Positions 59,420 through 64,000 of a DNA stretch of 64,000 bases are shown piece by piece. Position numbers and translations under genes: made by a program. The first letter of the stretch is position 1. Every line of letters starts with the position of its first letter. Source of the DNA: Collinsella sp. (GTDB taxonomy: Bacteria; Actinomycetota; Coriobacteriia; Coriobacteriales; Coriobacteriaceae); the NCBI GenBank assembly GCA_048434495.1, contig DBGAQS010000008.1:68836-132835 (forward strand). Reading direction: 5' to 3'. The notes below the pieces were generated by a model. That model did no database searches, was not told the origin of the DNA, and worked only from the letters and a program-made list of their open reading frames with translations.

Positions 59420-60160
59420 CTAATAGATAGCAGCGATACGGCGAACGATATCGAGCGTAATGCCACTCGCGGTACGGGCATACTCGAACAGGTCGAACTC
59501 GCGGTCGCAAATCGCATCGTACGCCTCGTCACAATTATCGCTGATAGCGCGCAGCACCAGGCAATCGACACCATTTTTAGTTGCGACATGGGCAATCGCC
59601 GCGCCCTCCATGCCGACACAATCGGCATGCGTCGCCTCGATGGCATCATTGCGCATGGCGGCACCCGTCACAAAACGGTTGCCCGTGGCAATCGTGCCGA
59701 CCAAGAACTGCTTTGCGCCCTCGTTCGAGGCGGCCGCATTTGTCGAAGCATCAACAAACCCATGCTCAGCAAGTACATCGGCAGCGATATCGACCAGCGC
59801 AGACGTCGAGCCAAACTCCTCGAGCCCCGGTGCAGACTCGGCGATAAGCGCGGTATCGGTATCCAGATAACGCAGGCGTTTGCCGATGACCACGTCGTCG
59901 ATATGGAGTTTGGGGTTCAAACCGCCCGCGATACCCGAAAGCACAACTGCCTGTAGAGCATACTTGCTAATGAGGTGCTGTGTTGCGGCAGCGGCATTCA
60001 CCGTGCCCATGCCCGCCGTTGTGGCGACAATCGACAGACCATCGAGCCCGCCGGTCACAACGTTTAAGCCCGCCTCCTGTACCATGCAAACGTTACTCAA
60101 CTCTTCCTTAATCTGCATGATCTCTTTTTCGAGTGCGCCGATAATCGCGATGGTAGCCAT
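59420..60160 (-). CDS. mtnN: 5'-methylthioadenosine/S-adenosylhomocysteine nucleosidase
   Basis: IAIIGALEKE, GMGTVNAA, GIAGG, MEGAAIA and RAISD. Confidence 0.88.
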   Translation of the reverse strand: MATIAIIGALEKEIMQIKEELSNVCMVQEAGLNVVTGGLDGLSIVATTAGMGTVNAAAATQHLISKYALQAVVLSGIAGGLNPKLHIDDVVIGKRLRYLDTDTALIAESAPGLEEFGSTSALVDIAADVLAEHGFVDASTNAAASNEGAKQFLVGTIATGNRFVTGAAMRNDAIEATHADCVGMEGAAIAHVATKNGVDCLVLRAISDNCDEAYDAICDREFDLFEYARTASGITLDIVRRIAAIY

Positions 60161-60238
60161 GCCATTCCCCAAACCTATACGAAATTCTCAACCACGGTAT
60201 GGTACCAGCATTTTGTTTGACCTCGTCAAACGAACACG

Positions 60239-61357
60239 CTAGGCCAGCGCAGCTCGCGTATCAAACAGAGCCTTTGCAATCGCAGCCGCAACCTCGCTCG
60301 AGCGGTCGCTCCACGGCATCGATGTCATGATGCTCATGACATAGGTACGGCCATCGATGTCGATAAGGCCCGCATCGCATGTCGAATAGCAACCATCCTC
60401 GCTAATCCAGCCTGCCTTGTTGCGCACCAAGGCTTGGTCGTCCGCAATGCCGTCACGAATAAACGATCGGGCCGTAGAGGCCAGAAGGCCCGACAGCCAT
60501 TGTGACGTCTCGGTATCATGGCTCAGATACTCGCTCATCTCGCACCACAACTTGGCCGAGGTGCGCGGGCAATAAGTGGGAAAATCACTCATCGGATCGA
60601 GTGCGGTATCGTAATCGACGCCAAGACCGACAATCCAATCCTCGTAACCGACACGGTCAAACGCCGCACGTAACGCGATAAACGAATCGTTGTCCGAATT
60701 AACGACCGCGGCCTCGATCAGGTCGCGCACCGTCTGCCAGCCCATGTTGCAGCCGCCATAGGTGCCAAGGGAATCATCGAGTGAGACCTGGCCCGTCTCG
60801 ACCAGGGATTCACAGACGTAGAGCACATAGAGCGCCTTATAACTACTCGCACCGTAAACCTCGACATCGGCGTTATACGTCATGCCCTTGCCACTTGACA
60901 GGTCGTAGAACACCACGCCCACATCGCCCAATTCCTTGGCCTGCTCAAGGGCATCTTGGAGCGCGGCGAGGCCCTCATCCACCAGGGCGGGGATCTGGTC
61001 ATCAACCAGCGAGAAGGTCTGCACGGTATCGCCTGAGGGAATATCGTTAAAGTCCGCCTTCGAAAGCCTCGTCTTGAGACTCGCTGTCGACAGAGTTTGG
61101 CTTGCGGTGGCTTTAGATTCAGAGCCCTTTTTGTTTTGCGTCTGTACCGTTGACGCATCTGAGTGTGCCATTCGCTCCGACGCGTAGGTTTTGGCGGTAA
61201 TTCCGAGGATAATAACCGCCAACGTCAGCATCCCAATGGCGGCGATCTTCGTCACGCGGATGCGAGCGCCAGCAAGGCCACGCGAAGACGTGCCCTTCGT
61301 CTCATATCTGCTGCTATGCTGCGGCACACACTCGTCCCGCGATGCGTTGTTTCGCAC
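60239..61357 (-). CDS. Serine hydrolase / class A beta-lactamase-like PBP-fold protein, membrane anchored
   Basis: TM helix; SSYK (SxxK), SDN and NKAG motifs. Confidence 0.8.
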   Translation of the reverse strand: MRNNASRDECVPQHSSRYETKGTSSRGLAGARIRVTKIAAIGMLTLAVIILGITAKTYASERMAHSDASTVQTQNKKGSESKATASQTLSTASLKTRLSKADFNDIPSGDTVQTFSLVDDQIPALVDEGLAALQDALEQAKELGDVGVVFYDLSSGKGMTYNADVEVYGASSYKALYVLYVCESLVETGQVSLDDSLGTYGGCNMGWQTVRDLIEAAVVNSDNDSFIALRAAFDRVGYEDWIVGLGVDYDTALDPMSDFPTYCPRTSAKLWCEMSEYLSHDTETSQWLSGLLASTARSFIRDGIADDQALVRNKAGWISEDGCYSTCDAGLIDIDGRTYVMSIMTSMPWSDRSSEVAAAIAKALFDTRAALA

Positions 61358-61515
61358 GTGGTCTCCTGACTGCTACCGTTCATATACGAGCAGCATAATA
61401 CCGAGCAGGCATTTCTTTCCAAAGATATTCAGCGGCGTTTAAGGTGTCTTTAAAGAAACCACAAGCGTATTTATCCAAATGGCACGATTCTGTTGTGCAT
61501 CTCCGCCCAAAACGC

Positions 61516-61582
61516 AGTTGCGGTGGAATAGTTCCTATTTGGGCGGCATAAGCCGAAAAACAAGAACTATTCCACCGCAACT
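61516..61582. repeat. 67-bp inverted-repeat element (copy 2)
   Basis: agttgcggtggaatagttc / gaactattccaccgcaact. Confidence 0.75.
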
Positions 61583-61673
61583 TGACGGGGCTCTTTGGTA
61601 ATCAACTTGGCGCCCAGGGGCACTCATTTAAGTCTGTCCCCAATGAGTGCCTTTGGGGAGCGAAAATGGCTCG

Positions 61674-62492
61674 CTAGCCGATAGCGTTTTTGAGTTCCGC
61701 GCGGCGCTTTTTCATGCCCGTCATGACGGCGTTGCGCAGCTCGGGCATGCGCGCGGTATCCATCTGTGGAACGCCCTCGAGCTTATAGGGAATCCCCAGC
61801 TGCTCATACTTGACGACGCCCATCGTGTGATACGGCAGCATCTCCAGGCCGACCACGTTATGCCACGGGGCAATCAAGCGACCGAGCGCCTCGCACTCCT
61901 CCACCGTATCGGTAATGCCGGGCACCACCACATGGCGAATAACAACCTTAATCTTGCGACGGGCAAGCTCATCACCAAACGCCAGAATACGTGCGGGATC
62001 GCAGCCGGTCAGCTTTTTATGCTCGACGGGATCGGCGTGTTTAATGTCGAGCAGCACCATATCGGTCTCGTTGAGTACGGCATCGAACTTCTCGGGATGC
62101 GTGGGATCGAACGCATAGCCGCAACTATCCAAGCAGGTATGTACGCGACCATCGGGGTTGTTGTGCATTGCGCGGAACAGGTCGGCCAAGAACTCAGGCT
62201 GCAGGAGCGGCTCGCCGCCGGATACCGTAATACCACCGCTGCGGTAAAACTCATGGTTGCTCTGGAACTCGTCCATCAGGTGCTCGACGGTCACCATGGT
62301 ACCGCCGTTAACCGACCAGGTATCGGGGTTGTGGCAATACGCACAGCGCATGGGGCAGCCCTGAACAAACACCACAAAGCGGATGCCGGGTCCATCGACC
62401 GTTCCCATCGTCTCAATCGAATGCACGCGGCCCAGGGCAAACGCGGAGTCCTCAGGACGAGCGTCCACACCCTCGAGCGTCATCTCAGCCAT
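61674..62492 (-). CDS. pflA: Pyruvate formate-lyase activating enzyme
   Basis: GTVDGPGIRFVVF, GCPMRCAYCHNPDTW, SGGEPLLQ and LPYHTMG. Confidence 0.95.
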   Translation of the reverse strand: MAEMTLEGVDARPEDSAFALGRVHSIETMGTVDGPGIRFVVFVQGCPMRCAYCHNPDTWSVNGGTMVTVEHLMDEFQSNHEFYRSGGITVSGGEPLLQPEFLADLFRAMHNNPDGRVHTCLDSCGYAFDPTHPEKFDAVLNETDMVLLDIKHADPVEHKKLTGCDPARILAFGDELARRKIKVVIRHVVVPGITDTVEECEALGRLIAPWHNVVGLEMLPYHTMGVVKYEQLGIPYKLEGVPQMDTARMPELRNAVMTGMKKRRAELKNAIG

Positions 62493-62678
62493 TCCCGCTA
62501 CCTTGCCTCTCATTGGTTTTAGCTACATAAATGCCAGAGTCATTCTAGCCTATATGCTTGATGGCGAAACGGTTTAGCGGTCAATTGGATTGTCCTATTT
62601 GGCCCCATGCAAAAGCGGCGGGAAGGTTGTCGCAACCCGCCCGCCGCCGAGGCAATAGAAATCGATAGACGCCAGGCG

Positions 62679-63533
62679 TTACGCCTTGAGTGTGAGCACC
62701 GCGCCGAAGGCGGTCGGGCCGCAATGGCTCGAGATCACGCCGCCGACCTGAGTCCAGGTAACGTCCTTAAAGCCCAGGTCGTGCGCATAGACTTCCATGT
62801 CGTCGCGCAGCTCCTCGGAAAGGCCTACCGAATACGCCAGGCCAATGTGCGAGTAGTCAATCTCGCCCTTAGCAACCATGTGGTCAATAAAGGCACGGGC
62901 GCACTTGAGCATAGAGCCGCGGAACTTCTTGGTCGCCACGAACTTGCCGCCCGTCACCTCAATGCAGGGCTTAATCTTGAGCAGGTGGGCGCCAAGGAAT
63001 GCCACGTTGGACAGACGACCGCCCGCCTTAAGGAAGGCAAGGTCGGTAGGAACAAAGCCCAACAGCACACGGTCCATGACGGAATTCGCAAATGCAAAGA
63101 TCTCGTCGACGGTGGCATCTGGATGGGCTTCGATATACTTAGCGGTCTCGACGGCAACGAGCGACTGGCCCACCGAGACAAAACGCGTATCCATGGAGAA
63201 TACGTAGTCGCGGCCCTTAGCCGCAATCTTGGAGGACTGATGCGAGCAAGTCGTGACTTCGGAGTACGCAAGATGCAGAATGGTCGCATCGGGCTGCTCG
63301 GCATGGATACGGTCATATACGTGCGCAAAATCTGCAGGCGCGCAGCCGCTGGTCTTGGGCATCACGCCAAACTCGTTGCAGCGCGAATAAATCTCGAGCG
63401 GATCGATCGAGCCGTCCTCGACGGTCTCGTCACCAATCGTGACATGCATAGGTACGCGCACGATACCGTAGCGCTCGCAGAGCTCCGGCGTCACATCCGA
63501 ACCAGACTCAACCACGATTACGTACTTGCCCAT
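62679..63533 (-). CDS. DegV family fatty-acid-binding protein
   Basis: ESGSD, PKTSG, FLKAGGRL, LKIKP and ISSHCGP. Confidence 0.9.
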   Translation of the reverse strand: MGKYVIVVESGSDVTPELCERYGIVRVPMHVTIGDETVEDGSIDPLEIYSRCNEFGVMPKTSGCAPADFAHVYDRIHAEQPDATILHLAYSEVTTCSHQSSKIAAKGRDYVFSMDTRFVSVGQSLVAVETAKYIEAHPDATVDEIFAFANSVMDRVLLGFVPTDLAFLKAGGRLSNVAFLGAHLLKIKPCIEVTGGKFVATKKFRGSMLKCARAFIDHMVAKGEIDYSHIGLAYSVGLSEELRDDMEVYAHDLGFKDVTWTQVGGVISSHCGPTAFGAVLTLKA

Positions 63534-63826
63534 TATCATCACGACCCATCTCAACATTGGCTTTTCAACACATGGCACGCGCCGCCGCACTGTTGCACAA
63601 CGGCGTCCAAGCGCCAAAGAGACGCCGCCCCTTGCGCACAACAAAGGACAGCGTCTCCCTGGAAAACTCCGTGCTTAACTGAGATTTTACACGGTTTATA
63701 AATGAGTGTTACTTACTCCGCAAACGGTAGCTATACGCGATAAACGGTAGTTACAAAATAAGTTTCCCAAACGCTCGACCTATTAGGAGAGTTCCGCCTA
63801 AAGGGTGACTCCAAAGGACCCCACAT

Positions 63827-63949
63827 GGCCGGTTTTGGGTTATTTTCCAAAACATCCCGCAGGACGCGAGAAGCCCCCGCCGCACGTAGTGCGCAGCGGG
63901 GGCTTCTCGCATGTCCGAGGACGTTTTGGAAAATAACCCAAAACCGGCC
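63827..63949 (-). repeat. Long-hairpin element, CGTCCTCG...CTGCGG family (copy 4)
   Basis: Minus-strand core cgtcctcggacat / gtcctgcggga; apical stem nearly identical to copy 3, basal stem different. Confidence 0.85.
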
Positions 63950-63977
63950 CCAGTAACCCTGCGGGAGTTAAATCCCT

Positions 63978-64000
63978 TTAGAACTTGTCGTGGAAGGTAC
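63978..64000 (-). CDS. pflB: Last codons of a probable formate C-acetyltransferase (pyruvate formate-lyase)
   Basis: (R)TFHDKF* resembles the PFL C-terminus and pflA lies nearby; only 23 nt are visible. Confidence 0.55.

Noticed and set aside
60239..61357. Beta-lactam resistance gene
   Set aside because: SxxK, SDN and KAG motifs are shared with many PBP-like serine hydrolases; there is no evidence of beta-lactamase activity.
63722..63753. Direct repeat AAACGGTAG(C/T)TA, also seen at ~10659
   Set aside because: It could be a regulator site, but three short matches are insufficient evidence.

Overview
GC-rich chromosomal window from an anaerobic actinobacterium. Gene content and intergenic repeats resemble Coriobacteriia (Collinsella-like); this is an inference and was not checked against a database. 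Most of the window is housekeeping, metabolism and transport: lgt, coaX, dxs, amt-PII, a polar amino-acid ABC system, map, pfkA, asd/aspartokinase/thrC/thrB, engB, mtnN, pflA and the last codons of pflB. It also holds a large sortase-anchored CAP-domain surface protein, a GGDEF-REC-HD-GYP/Hpt pair, a RelB/DinJ-PIN type II toxin-antitoxin (TA) pair and a small low-GC island (XRE, Cys/His-repeat membrane protein, DUF3990-like/HTH pair). The most interesting signal is missing from the ORF track. At 19.7-20.0 kb there is a candidate SOS(LexA)-controlled type I TA locus: a 41-aa hydrophobic, basic-tailed peptide, a convergent antisense sRNA, 5'-3' mRNA fold-back, a sequestered RBS and an SOS box over the promoter, all bracketed by two near-identical palindromes. 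Other notable items are a decayed AbiF/Abi_2 gene with a pseudoknot-capable leader, a G9 tract in the surface-protein gene, a candidate riboswitch before the OPT transporter, and several families of covarying intergenic palindromes. No rRNA, tRNA, CRISPR array or intact transposase was seen.
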